64,000 nt of DNA, taken from assembly GCA_964461835.1 (NCBI GenBank), contig CAYWVO010000015.1, forward strand, positions 1,273 to 65,272, given 5' to 3'. The notes under the pieces were generated by a model. That model was given only the letters and a program-made list of their open reading frames with translations, searched no databases and was not told where the DNA came from. Positions 1 through 9,329 of this stretch are shown here, one piece after another. The number at the start of each line of letters is the position of its first letter. Position 1 is the stretch's first letter. The translations under genes and the position numbers were made by a program. The stretch is from an uncultured Ignavibacteria bacterium. Lineage in GTDB: Bacteria; Zixibacteria; MSB-5A5; WJJR01; JAJRUJ01.

Positions 1-585
1 GAGCTGTACGGCGAATTGCTGATCGATGATTTCCAGATCGATTTCAGCAGCGAGCCACACCAAATCGGCGGTTTGGCCGGATTGCACATCACCGCGCCAT
101 TTGGTTTTTCGCGCAGCTATCATACGGTGGAATATTCACGGGTGAACACCTCGGTGTACGGTCAGAATGAAGAGGAAAACCGCTATTATTACCGTCGGGA
201 CCGAAACGGTCAAGTAATTCCGCTGGGATCGCGCTACGGGCCGGACGTTGACCGGTTTTCCTACACGATGATGTATCGAGTAGCCGATTGGCTTGATCTC
301 GGCGCAAGCGTTAGACGCCTTCGTCACGGACAATGGGATATCGAGACGCCACAACCAGGACCGGTGCCGTATGGCATCCCGTTTCCCTCGGGAATCGTCG
401 ATCGCCGCTGGGATGTCTCTCTGGAGATCGACGGTCAATATCGCAACAATGTATTCGCACATATAGAGGTAGGATGGTCCCACCGGAAAAACGAGCAGCA
501 TATCCCGGACCGGCATAGTGACGTGCTGTTTATCAACGCCTCACTCAGCGGTAGTCTCTGGCAGGTATTTTCATGGCCGTGGTAG
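1..585 (+). CDS. C-terminal part of an outer-membrane beta-barrel protein, capsule assembly Wzi-like (5'-truncated by the window edge)
   Basis: Frame is open from base 1 (ELYGELLIDDFQ...). Motifs YGELLIDD, EYSRVN..VY and PLG..YGPD resemble Wzi-family proteins; amphipathic beta-strand pattern; aromatic C-terminus. Confidence 0.55.
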   Translation, partial: ELYGELLIDDFQIDFSSEPHQIGGLAGLHITAPFGFSRSYHTVEYSRVNTSVYGQNEEENRYYYRRDRNGQVIPLGSRYGPDVDRFSYTMMYRVADWLDLGASVRRLRHGQWDIETPQPGPVPYGIPFPSGIVDRRWDVSLEIDGQYRNNVFAHIEVGWSHRKNEQHIPDRHSDVLFINASLSGSLWQVFSWPW

Positions 586-1511
586 ATCATGTTACGCTAT
601 ATGCCGCCGCGAAAATTAATCTCAATTTGGCTGTGCTTGGTCGGTACCCCGACGGTTACCATGAGATATTCACCACGTTTCAGGCAATTGATCTCTGTGA
701 TACGCTGACGTTTGAGAAGCGCGAGACCGGCGGAATTCAGCTCGAATGTGAGCACCCCGATTTTCCCAATGATGAGACTAATTTGATTTACCAAGCGCTG
801 CAGCGGGTACCGGATATGGGCGGGCCGCCGGTTCATGTGCGAGTGCACGTCGAGAAGCGGATTCCGATTGCTGCAGGGCTGGGAGGTGGTTCCGCCAATG
901 CGGCGGCGGCGATCCGAGCCGCGGAGATGCTCTACGGTCTGCGTTTGACGCCTGAGGAAACGCGTCGCTGGGCGACTGAATTGGGGGCGGATGTCCCGTT
1001 CTTTTTGGGGCCGGCGCAGGCGGAGGGACGGGGGCGCGGGGATCAGCTGACTGAGGTTTCGTTTTACCACGATTATTGGATTGTGTTGGTTGATCCGGGA
1101 GTGTCCGTCTCGACGGGAGAAGTCTATCGCGCACTTGATTTAACCTTGACAAAACAAGACCACTCCGTTAGTTTTTCTCGTTGCCGGGATGGAGTAGACT
1201 TTTTTGCGCTCGTCGCCAGGGCAGGCAATGATTTAATCCCGTCGGCGGTGCAGCTTTGCCCGGAGACGCGACGGGCGGTGCTTTTTTTGGAGGATTTGGG
1301 ACCCGTTGCGGCACGGATGTCGGGAAGTGGTCCCTGCGTATTCGGCATCTTTGATGCAAAGCCGGATGTCGTATGTATTCGCCGATCGATGCCGTCTGAT
1401 GCATGGAGTGTCCATGTGTGCCGGCCACTCGCCGGTGTGCCGGTAGTTGGATTGGCAGGCCAGACCGGGGTGAATACCAACAGGCAAGGAGTCGATCGTG
1501 GAAATCACTGA
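573..1511 (+). CDS. ispE: 4-(cytidine 5'-diphospho)-2-C-methyl-D-erythritol kinase
   Basis: AKINLNL..GRYPDGYHEI, KRIPIAAGLGGGSANAA (GHMP kinase motif), LGADVPFF, MSGSGP. Confidence 0.97.
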   Translation: MAVVDHVTLYAAAKINLNLAVLGRYPDGYHEIFTTFQAIDLCDTLTFEKRETGGIQLECEHPDFPNDETNLIYQALQRVPDMGGPPVHVRVHVEKRIPIAAGLGGGSANAAAAIRAAEMLYGLRLTPEETRRWATELGADVPFFLGPAQAEGRGRGDQLTEVSFYHDYWIVLVDPGVSVSTGEVYRALDLTLTKQDHSVSFSRCRDGVDFFALVARAGNDLIPSAVQLCPETRRAVLFLEDLGPVAARMSGSGPCVFGIFDAKPDVVCIRRSMPSDAWSVHVCRPLAGVPVVGLAGQTGVNTNRQGVDRGNH

Positions 1512-1863
1512 AGTGCGCGTCACCTTGAGGAACGAGGAGAAACTCAAGGCATTTGCCAATGTTACCTTCGACGGCGAATTCGTGATTCGCGGATTGAAAG
1601 TCATCCTGGGTAACAAAGGGTATTTTGTCTCGATGCCCTCCCGGAAGCGCGCCGACGGCACCCACCAGGACATTGCGCATCCCATCAACAATGCCATGCG
1701 CAAGAGAATTGAGGACAAGGTCTTGGCGGCGTACGAACGGGAGCTCAAAGCGGAGACTGAACGGGCGACCACGGAGGGGCCGATGGAAGGCGAGACGTCC
1801 ACGACGCCTCACGATGAAGCCGGAATCTCGGCGGGGGAACCTCCCGGCGGGGAAACGTCCTGA
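1498..1863 (+). CDS. spoVG: SpoVG family nucleic-acid-binding regulator
   Basis: MEITEVRV..LKAFANVTFDGEFVIRGLKVI...FVSMPSRK...DIAHPIN; GTG start with AGGAG upstream. Confidence 0.95.
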   Translation: MEITEVRVTLRNEEKLKAFANVTFDGEFVIRGLKVILGNKGYFVSMPSRKRADGTHQDIAHPINNAMRKRIEDKVLAAYERELKAETERATTEGPMEGETSTTPHDEAGISAGEPPGGETS

Positions 1864-1926
1864 GGTCCGGTTGCGTCCAACGAATCGTACTTGCGAAACG
1901 AAAAGAGTGTAGCAGGGGAACAATTC

Positions 1927-2001
1927 TGGGGCGTCGTCAAGTGGTAAGACACAAGCCTTTGGAGCTTGCATTCCCAGGTTCGAATCCTGGCGCCCCAGCC
2001 A
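1927..2001 (+). tRNA. tRNA-Gln(TTG)
   Basis: Acceptor stem TGGGGCG/CGCCCCA, anticodon arm CAAGC-CTTTGGA-GCTTG, T-loop GGTTCGAATCC, encoded CCA. Usual position upstream of prs. Confidence 0.97.
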
Positions 2002-2061
2002 AATCAACCGATATCCTTTCGCCCAATCACGAACCCGGAACATTTCACGGAAATTGCCTCT

Positions 2062-3015
2062 ATGCCCTATGAGCTAAAGATTGTCAGCGGGAATGCCAAT
2101 CGGCCTCTCGCCGAGAAAATTGCAGAAAGCGCCAAGATGCGCTTGGCTGCCTGCGAAGTACGGCGGTTTTCCGACGGGGAGCTTTTTGCCCAGATCAACG
2201 AAAACGTCCGTGGCACCGATCTGTTCATTGTCCAGTCCACCAACCCGCCCAGTGAGAACTTGATGGAGTTGTTGATGTTGATCGACGCGGGACGGCGGGC
2301 GTCGGCGGCGCGGATTACGGCGGTAATCCCTTACTTCGGGTACGCGCGTTCCGACCGTAAGACCGAGCCACGGGTCTCGATTGCGGCGAAACTGGTGGCC
2401 AATTTGATTGTCGCCGCCGGGGCCGACCGGGTGCTGACCATGGATTTGCACGCCTCCCAGATTCAGGGTTTTTTTGATATCCCGGCCGATCACCTGTACT
2501 CCTCGCTGATTTTCGATGAGTATTTTCACAAGGAGATGAAAATCAAGGAGCCGGCGGTGGTCTCGCCGGACGTGGGCTCGATCAAGATGGCGCGGGCGTT
2601 CGCCAAGACCTTAAACGGCTCCCTGGCGATTGTCGATAAACGGCGACCATCGGCCAACCATGCCGAGGTGATGCATATTATCGGGAACGTGACCGATCTT
2701 CCCGCGATCCTCAGGGATGATATGGTGGACACGGCGGGAACGATCACCGAGGCGGCAATGGCGGTCAAGGAAAAGGGCGCCCGGGACGTGTACGCCTGTT
2801 GTACGCATCCGGTGCTGTCCGGCAAGTCTCTGGAGCGGATCGAGAAATCGCCGATTGAAAAAATGGTTGTTTCTGACACCATTGATTTGTCGCAGAAGCA
2901 ATTGCCGGCTAAAATAGTGGTCGTGACCTGTGCGGCGTTGTTTGCGCAGGCGATTAAGCGGATCCATGGCGAAGAGACCATCTCCGAAATGTTCCGGGGC
3001 CTGGCGCCGGAGTGA
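2062..3015 (+). CDS. prs: Ribose-phosphate pyrophosphokinase
   Basis: FSDGE, ENVRG, IPYFGYAR.DRK, DLHASQIQGFF, VSPDVG, DDMVDTAGT. Start moved to ATG 2062 because the longer ORF overlaps the tRNA. Confidence 0.97.
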   Translation: MPYELKIVSGNANRPLAEKIAESAKMRLAACEVRRFSDGELFAQINENVRGTDLFIVQSTNPPSENLMELLMLIDAGRRASAARITAVIPYFGYARSDRKTEPRVSIAAKLVANLIVAAGADRVLTMDLHASQIQGFFDIPADHLYSSLIFDEYFHKEMKIKEPAVVSPDVGSIKMARAFAKTLNGSLAIVDKRRPSANHAEVMHIIGNVTDLPAILRDDMVDTAGTITEAAMAVKEKGARDVYACCTHPVLSGKSLERIEKSPIEKMVVSDTIDLSQKQLPAKIVVVTCAALFAQAIKRIHGEETISEMFRGLAPE

Positions 3016-3063
3016 CAAATATCCTGTAAAGGGTAGCGTAGGCTGATCGAGTATTGATTATAT

Positions 3064-3404
3064 TTTTTGGGTGGCCCACCCTTTCGGTGGGATGCGCAAA
3101 ACGTTCGAAGTTAATGTAGGTCGAAACCCCTGAGTTCGCCGGAGGCGAACGTGGTTTCGACGCCAGGAGAAAGAAGAGCAGTGCGGAGGTAATGGGTACC
3201 CCACCTATAGCGAGGAGTCCTGCGGACTCCGAACGGCAGGTGGGTCGGTAAAGATCGGCATTAAGCGGTACCAACCCACCCGACGCATCCGGCGCTAGTC
3301 GCGCCGGCCGCTCTGGGTGGGGTAGAAGGAAGCACAATAAAAGAGCAACACAGCAGGTAACACGAGAGGCCGGTAGTGGCCGGAAGGTAGTGTTGAGGTG
3401 ACCC
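3064..3404 (+). ncRNA. Putative structured cis-regulatory leader of rplY, including a 5S rRNA loop E mimic at 3358-3395
   Basis: Consecutive complementary stems (GTCGAAACC/GGTTTCGAC, GTTCGCC/GGCGAAC, CCACCT/AGGTGG, GGAGTCC/GGACTCC, CCGGCGC/GCGCCGG, CCCACCC/GGGTGGG, TAACAC/GTGTTG). No credible ORF. Confidence 0.6.
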
Positions 3405-4106
3405 ATGAAAACGATTGATCTGCAGGCAAAGAAACGTGATCGCAAAGGCAAGGGCCCGGCGCGCCGCTGTCGCGCGGACGGCCGTATCCCGGGCGTGTTG
3501 TATGGGGTGGATATCGACCCGGTGCCCCTCTCGATTCCCACGCTCGATTTTATGAACGCCGCCCGGGCGGAAAACGCGGTGCGGCTGATGGTCAGTTTGC
3601 AGTTTGACGGGGGCGCGGATGAACGGCTGGCCCTGGTGCGGGATGTGCAGCGCGATCCGGTTAATGGCAAGATTCAGCATATTGATTTTCTTCATGTCTC
3701 GCCGAAACGCAAGCTCACACTCCGGGTGCCAGTCGTGGTCAAAGGGGTTCCCGAGGGGGTGAAAGCCGGCGGGGTGCTGCAGCACATTATGCGTGAGATC
3801 GAGATCGAATGCCTGCCGAAAGATATTCCGGAGAAGTTTGAGGTCGATGTCACGGAGCTGAATATCGGCGATGCGATTCACGTGAGTGATTTGCAGATGG
3901 AGAATATTGAGATTCTCGCCGAAGAGCGCCGCGCAATTGTCTCGGTGGTGCCACCGACCGTAATTAAGGAGCCGACCCCGACCACTGATGTTGAAGCGGA
4001 TGCCGCCGGCGAACCGGAACTGGTCGGTGAGGAAGCCGAGGGTGAAGGTGAGGCGGAAGGCGAAGGAAAGGCCGAAGGCGAAGGCGAGAAGAAAGAAGAG
4101 AAATAA
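3405..4106 (+). CDS. rplY: 50S ribosomal protein bL25 / general stress protein Ctc (long form)
   Basis: R..GKGPARR.R..GRIPGVLYG, VQRDPV...HIDF, GVKAGGVLQH, IECLPKDIPE..EVDVTEL.IGD.IHVSDL; acidic G/E/A tail; SD GAGGTG. Confidence 0.96.
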   Translation: MKTIDLQAKKRDRKGKGPARRCRADGRIPGVLYGVDIDPVPLSIPTLDFMNAARAENAVRLMVSLQFDGGADERLALVRDVQRDPVNGKIQHIDFLHVSPKRKLTLRVPVVVKGVPEGVKAGGVLQHIMREIEIECLPKDIPEKFEVDVTELNIGDAIHVSDLQMENIEILAEERRAIVSVVPPTVIKEPTPTTDVEADAAGEPELVGEEAEGEGEAEGEGKAEGEGEKKEEK

Positions 4107-4134
4107 CCAGCTCGCTGAACAATGTATACTCATC

Positions 4135-4164
4135 ACGCCCCCGAGGATTCGGGGGCGTTTTTTT
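4135..4164 (+). terminator. Intrinsic terminator after rplY
   Basis: ACGCCCCCGA-GGAT-TCGGGGGCGT hairpin followed by a T-run. Confidence 0.9.
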
Positions 4165-4243
4165 GTGTGGGAAAAGGGCTCGCTGCTGCTTGCTCGGCTG
4201 GTAAGAAGTTGCTATCTTGTTGGTGCTTGTTTGGAGATGCACC

Positions 4244-5980
4244 ATGTTTGATGTGAAGGTCTCAGTCTCACTATTCAAAGAACTTAAACTCAGTCGCAGG
4301 AAGCACGCAGGAGTTGCCTACCTCGGACCCGGCTCCGAAAAGCTCTACGGTACACATCCGCAGGAACTGGTCATCCCCTGGCAAACTGAGATAAATCCGA
4401 ACGCCGATATCTTCACACTCCTGCACTGGCGGTCGTGTTTATCGGGTTTCTATGGACGGGACGAGGAAGAATCGGAATTAATGGGATGGGCGAATAGCGA
4501 TTCCGATGTTTCCCTGAAGTTCATCTGCGCTGACGGGGGCGTCGGCAAGACCAGGCTGGCGGCGGAGCTTGCCACCAAACTGCGCGATCAGCATAACTGG
4601 GGCGCCGGTTTTGTTGACTTGCGCAAGGCCCAGTCGTTTGCCTTACGCAAAAAAGGGACACTGCTGGTAATTGACTACCCCGAAGAAAATCGTGCGGGGG
4701 TTGAGGATTTCCTAAAAGATTTGGCAGGAATCGGTGATGTTGGTCGGTTACGCATTCTAATTCTCACCCGCCAACCGCTTGAGGCATGGATCCCGGTAAT
4801 CAATAATTGTAATGTCAATGTATTTCACGATCCGCTGCCTTTGAATTTGGGCAAATTAACGGCGCCGCCGGCACATGAACTCTATAATTCGGTCTTAGAG
4901 AGGGCAGCTATGCATTTCGCAACCTCACCGGCGCCATTATCGCCGGAGGCACTGGCTGCCTGGCTGAAAGAGGGGGAAGTACACGCGCGACCGTTGTTCA
5001 CGGTCGCCGCAGCCGTATATGATGCCCTACACCCCGATGATCCCGCAGTGAAATACGAAAAAACGGAGATAATTGAATCTCTAGTAGAAAGGGAATTGAA
5101 ACGCCTGCGCAATCTGGGCCAAGAACACGGGTGCGAAGACGAATACGTCTTCGCGCGTGTGCTGGCTTTGGCGGCGTTTGATGATCCGCTTTCTGTTGAG
5201 CGAGTGCGCGAATTGGCGGAGATTCCGGAGCTTCGCCTGGGTTTCCCGGCGGGGAGTGATCCTGGGTTGAAGCTGAAAAACTCAGGTCTGGTGCAGGATG
5301 GCGTAATTCCGGCTCCCAAGCCCGATATCGTCACTGCCGCATTCGTGGTGGCTGTGCTGCGGGAAGAGCCGGCCACGGCGCCAGAGGTGATTTGGCAGGG
5401 CTTGGAACGTGATTTTGGTCGAAACGCCATCTCATTCACGCGTCTTTGTCATGACGCCGAAGCGGTATTGGGCATTCACGAATATCGAGTCAGCGCGTGG
5501 CTGGCCGAAGGGGTGCGGGGTAACTTGTCGCGATGTGCGCTCCTTGATGATACTATTACCGAACCACCCATTCCCAGGGCCTGCATCGCGGCCGCCATCG
5601 AAGTGGATAACACTTACTTACACGAAGCGACAGAAGACGAGGACCGGGCGCGTTTACTTAACAACCTCTCCAATCATTTAAGCGAAGATGGACAACATGC
5701 GGAGGCGTTGGCGGCGGTTGCGGAAGCAGTGGATTTATCTCGTGAGTTGGCGCGGGGGAATCCGGCGCGGTTTAATCCGGACCTGGCGAGTAGCCTGGGG
5801 TCACAGGGGACTATTCTGCGAAAATCCGGCAAGGTTCGGGAGGCGCTGGCTGCATTTCAGGAAGGTGCCGAATTGACTCGTCCGTACGCCGAAGCCAATC
5901 CCCAAAGTCCAATCGCTAAACTCCATGCTGGGCTAATGGCGGACCTGGAACAAACCCAAGAGGAATTGAACTCCTCCTAA
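4244..5980 (+). CDS. STAND-like P-loop NTPase with C-terminal TPR repeats
   Basis: FYGRDEE pre-P-loop motif, Walker A GGVGKTRLA, Walker B LLVIDYPE, sensor ILILTR, RPLF motif; TPRs of the ARLLNNLSNHL..EALAAVAEAV..PDLASSL type. ATG 4244 has GGAG upstream. Confidence 0.8.
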   Translation: MFDVKVSVSLFKELKLSRRKHAGVAYLGPGSEKLYGTHPQELVIPWQTEINPNADIFTLLHWRSCLSGFYGRDEEESELMGWANSDSDVSLKFICADGGVGKTRLAAELATKLRDQHNWGAGFVDLRKAQSFALRKKGTLLVIDYPEENRAGVEDFLKDLAGIGDVGRLRILILTRQPLEAWIPVINNCNVNVFHDPLPLNLGKLTAPPAHELYNSVLERAAMHFATSPAPLSPEALAAWLKEGEVHARPLFTVAAAVYDALHPDDPAVKYEKTEIIESLVERELKRLRNLGQEHGCEDEYVFARVLALAAFDDPLSVERVRELAEIPELRLGFPAGSDPGLKLKNSGLVQDGVIPAPKPDIVTAAFVVAVLREEPATAPEVIWQGLERDFGRNAISFTRLCHDAEAVLGIHEYRVSAWLAEGVRGNLSRCALLDDTITEPPIPRACIAAAIEVDNTYLHEATEDEDRARLLNNLSNHLSEDGQHAEALAAVAEAVDLSRELARGNPARFNPDLASSLGSQGTILRKSGKVREALAAFQEGAELTRPYAEANPQSPIAKLHAGLMADLEQTQEELNSS

Positions 5981-8271
5981 AATTCCACCTTCAAGCCCAG
6001 GACCGGGACGGTGCCCCAGCCAAGAACATACAGCGGGTACCTTCTGGAGGAAGACCACGTCCAACCGGTAATATGTTCACGGTCAAAGACATTCCAGACG
6101 CTGGCGTACGCGGTCAACAGTGACTGCCCGATTGGTATGCGATGCTCCAATCGCACGTACAGCATGTTATAGACCGGCAAATGCAGCGCGTTGATTCGCC
6201 GGGGGTCCAGTATGCCTTCGCCGGTTGCGCGCGAGGCATAAATGTGAAACGGAGTATAGGGTGTGCCATCGGCGTAGGTCCAGCGCATGCCGAAAGTTGT
6301 GCGGGACCCCAACTCAAAATTCAGCATTGTCGAGAGTGTGAACCGGCTGTCGGTAACCCTTTCATGCCACTGACCGTACAGGTCCCGATACCGGGCGCGC
6401 GCATATCCCGCACTGATCAAGCCATGAATGAATTGAGACCGCTCGCGAAAGACCGTCAACTCCACACCTTCGGCGTCGGCGCGACCGTCAGCGATCAATT
6501 GTTGATGATTTTGGAAATAGGGAAAATCGTAAAGTATTTCATCTAAGATAAACGCGCCGGGCTCCAATACATCCAAGGGGAGATGATTATACCGTTTCAG
6601 GTAGGTTTCCATCTTCACCTGGAATTTCAGTGGCAGGAACCAGTCCAGGCCGGCAACAAGATGATACACTTCGGCATTGCGCAACTGCTCGTGGGCCTCG
6701 TTCTGCCCGATTAATAGTGCCGGAAGTGGCTGGGTATAGATACCCCAGCCGAGGGAAGTATGAATATCCGGGGCCGGCTGATAGCGGAGGACCGCGTTCG
6801 GTGAAACATATCCCCGCTTATTATGGGAAAAGTAATCGCCTCGGGTGCCAAATTCCGCAGAAAACGGCCGTGCCGGCCACAGTGAAACGCTGGCGAAGAC
6901 ACCGGTTTCATACAAATCGACCGGCCGATTGAGATCAAACGGCGGTCGTCGCTCCCGATTCGAATTATAGTCTGCAAAATAGAAAATATCATAATCGTTA
7001 AACGAACCACGAAACCGTCCCCCAAAGGTCAATTCATGTTCACGCGCTACCGTGATTACGGTCTGGTTGCGCAGACAGAGGTCACTTTCAGTCGAGTGAT
7101 TCGTGCTGATACTGTCCGCGCCGCGGCCTTCCATTTCCAGGTTAAAGTGAATGCGGGATATCGCAAGTGAGGTCTGGGTATGACCGCGATCAGGGATCCG
7201 ATGCAGCCAGTTGACGCCGCCCATGCCGATGGTGAACTCGGCCAATCCGTAATAGAAAAAATACCTATTTTCACTGCGTGCCTGCTCGTGGCTGAAATCA
7301 AATTCGTCGAAACCATAAATGCCGGTGAATGCAAGCCGATCGCGGGACGAGAGATCCAGTGTAAGCTTTCCCTGAAAATCAGTATAGGCCGGGGCGGCAA
7401 ACAGGTTCAGCTCCTCTTTGAGTAAGTCCATGGTACTGTGGCGAGCGGAAAAAAGCCATGATCCACGTCGCTCCGGCAGGGGGCCTTCCCCGGAGACCCG
7501 CAGTCCCGAGACACTGACGTCCGCCCGCCCCACGAAACCGTCGGTATTCCCCTCCCGGTATTGAATATCCATAAATGACGAGAGCTTGTTGCCATAGGTC
7601 ACCGGGTAGGCGCCGCTATACATGGTCGAATGTTGCAGAAAGTTATTATTCAGCAGCGTGATCCCACCGGCCGAGGTTCCCTGGATGGGAAAGTGACTGA
7701 TGGTCGGGACTTCCATGTTATCGAGCACGTACCCGTTTTCGATCGGATTGCCACCCCGCACGATCAGCATATTCAATAGTTCCTCCCGGCTGGGAGCGAC
7801 TGCAGGCAGCAGCGTTACGACCCGGTTAATATCTCCGATTGAGCCGGTCGTGGCCTGGATTTCATCAGCAGTAAACGTGGTAGCGCTGGCTGAACGCAGG
7901 TCGGTCGTTCTGCGACGGGATTTCACAACAGTGATATCACGACCTTCAATTGCCCGGGGAATTAGCTCGATCAGGACTGCGCGATACGGTTTTGGTGTCG
8001 GGGTAACCGCTACAGATACTGGTGACTGGTACCCGACGTGGCTGCATGTTACGTACCTCGCATTGATGGGGACACCGGTCAGTTGAAACTGACCCGCTGA
8101 ATCACAAATTGTCCCAATGGACGTACCATCGACCCGAATCGAGGCACCGGGAATGGGAAATTTGGTGGTGTAGTCGATCACCCGGCCCCGGATCACGCCG
8201 GTGTCTGACTGGGCGGGCAGGGAAAACGCCAAAAGCAAACACAATACAAGTCCGGTATGCCGGACAAACAT
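5977..8271 (-). CDS. TonB-dependent receptor with N-terminal carboxypeptidase-regulatory-like domain
   Basis: Signal peptide; G.IRGRVID....PIPGASI; plug motif IVRGGNP.EN..LD; YSGAYPVTYGNKLSS; C-terminal Phe. Confidence 0.9.
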   Translation of the reverse strand: MFVRHTGLVLCLLLAFSLPAQSDTGVIRGRVIDYTTKFPIPGASIRVDGTSIGTICDSAGQFQLTGVPINARYVTCSHVGYQSPVSVAVTPTPKPYRAVLIELIPRAIEGRDITVVKSRRRTTDLRSASATTFTADEIQATTGSIGDINRVVTLLPAVAPSREELLNMLIVRGGNPIENGYVLDNMEVPTISHFPIQGTSAGGITLLNNNFLQHSTMYSGAYPVTYGNKLSSFMDIQYREGNTDGFVGRADVSVSGLRVSGEGPLPERRGSWLFSARHSTMDLLKEELNLFAAPAYTDFQGKLTLDLSSRDRLAFTGIYGFDEFDFSHEQARSENRYFFYYGLAEFTIGMGGVNWLHRIPDRGHTQTSLAISRIHFNLEMEGRGADSISTNHSTESDLCLRNQTVITVAREHELTFGGRFRGSFNDYDIFYFADYNSNRERRPPFDLNRPVDLYETGVFASVSLWPARPFSAEFGTRGDYFSHNKRGYVSPNAVLRYQPAPDIHTSLGWGIYTQPLPALLIGQNEAHEQLRNAEVYHLVAGLDWFLPLKFQVKMETYLKRYNHLPLDVLEPGAFILDEILYDFPYFQNHQQLIADGRADAEGVELTVFRERSQFIHGLISAGYARARYRDLYGQWHERVTDSRFTLSTMLNFELGSRTTFGMRWTYADGTPYTPFHIYASRATGEGILDPRRINALHLPVYNMLYVRLEHRIPIGQSLLTAYASVWNVFDREHITGWTWSSSRRYPLYVLGWGTVPVLGLKVEF

Positions 8272-8490
8272 CTCTCACTCCCGACGTTTGGCAGTGCTCG
8301 TTGCCGACCGGGTGTCGCTGCTTATTCTACCCGTCAATAATCTAAGGATTCCGCAAAGTTCTCTGTCTGGGCAAAACTCACAAAGAAGCGTGTGGGACTG
8401 GCCAACACACACCCCGATCGGCGTTTTTCGCCGGGGAGCAAAATAGCAGAAAGGACGTATATGTGCAACCAACCAAAAAGAACCGCCGCG

Positions 8491-9024
8491 TTACTTCAGC
8501 GGGCCGGTCAGCAAATGAATGTCATCAATCCAGGCGGTGCCGGGGCCGGTGAACACCAAATTCAGTTTCACCTGCTCAGGATTCTGGCCTTTCTCAAAAA
8601 AGAACGGCGTTTCCTCAGTCGACCAGTCAGTGGTGCCGGTTACGGGGCTTTGCAGGTCGCGGGAGAAAAACTCGCCGTATCTCGGGAAATAGCAGAGCAT
8701 CTCCAGATACACCTTACCCTGCACGTCCTCGGTGCGCACCTGTGCGCGGTAGATCAGGCGGGCGTCCTCGACATCGATATCCCGCAGATGGAACAACGGC
8801 ACGGTGACCGGCTCGGTGGCCGAAATTCGCCAGGACCCGTCCCCATCGGCGGAGACAGCCCGATCCAGCACCGCCAGCCGCTCGGCGATCAGTTCGGTGG
8901 TTTCATTAATGGGGAAATGGCGATATTCGGTCAGTTGGCCTGGCTGCCGGGAGCAACTATAAGTCAGTAGGGCTAGTACAATGATCACCAATCCACTAAT
9001 GGTGATTATCCATGGTCGACGCAT
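8491..9024 (-). CDS. Hypothetical lipoprotein/exported protein with beta-sandwich (galactose-binding-like) domain
   Basis: Hydrophobic N-terminus ending LTYSC; GTTDW...TPF and GTAWIDDIHL motifs typical of CBM-like jelly rolls; SD AGGAG. Confidence 0.6.
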   Translation of the reverse strand: MRRPWIITISGLVIIVLALLTYSCSRQPGQLTEYRHFPINETTELIAERLAVLDRAVSADGDGSWRISATEPVTVPLFHLRDIDVEDARLIYRAQVRTEDVQGKVYLEMLCYFPRYGEFFSRDLQSPVTGTTDWSTEETPFFFEKGQNPEQVKLNLVFTGPGTAWIDDIHLLTGPLK

Positions 9025-9254
9025 GGGATGTCTCCTTTGTGTGCTGCAATTTTCGGTGTTTGAGCGTTCGGGAGATATATCGGCACAGGCGTCCAGTCGC
9101 TATAGAGGCCACGGGCGGCAAGAACGGTCAGAGGAGGACTGACAAATCCGGCTAATGCGGTTAAACGCTTGACTTTTTGCCCGCGTACGCTAAATATAAT
9201 CGGCTCTGCCGCGCCAATGATTAGAGCGGCAGAAATAGAGAAGAAAAAGCGGAC

Positions 9255-9329
9255 GTCCCCATCGTCTAGCCCGGTCTAGGACACCGCCCTTTCACGGCGG
9301 CAACACGAGTTCGAATCTCGTTGGGGACG
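9255..9329 (+). tRNA. tRNA-Glu(TTC), CCA not encoded
   Basis: Acceptor stem GTCCCCA/TGGGGAC, anticodon arm CCGCC-CTTTCAC-GGCGG, T-loop GTTCGAAT. Followed by GCTTTTTT instead of CCA. Confidence 0.96.

Noticed and set aside
1966-2061. N-terminal extension of prs in the ORF track
   Set aside because: It overlaps tRNA-Gln; similarity to Prs starts at ATG 2062.
3192-3251. 19-codon ORF MGTPPIARSPADSERQVGR in the rplY leader
   Set aside because: The SD is only 1 nt from the ATG, and the ORF lies wholly within paired stems.
3320-3336. GAAGGAAGCA resembling SRP RNA helix 8
   Set aside because: The preceding CAGG.CCG strand and the symmetric loop are absent.
4030-4100. GAAGGC-like tandem repeats
   Set aside because: They encode the ordinary acidic low-complexity tail of bL25/Ctc and are not a CRISPR or mobile repeat.
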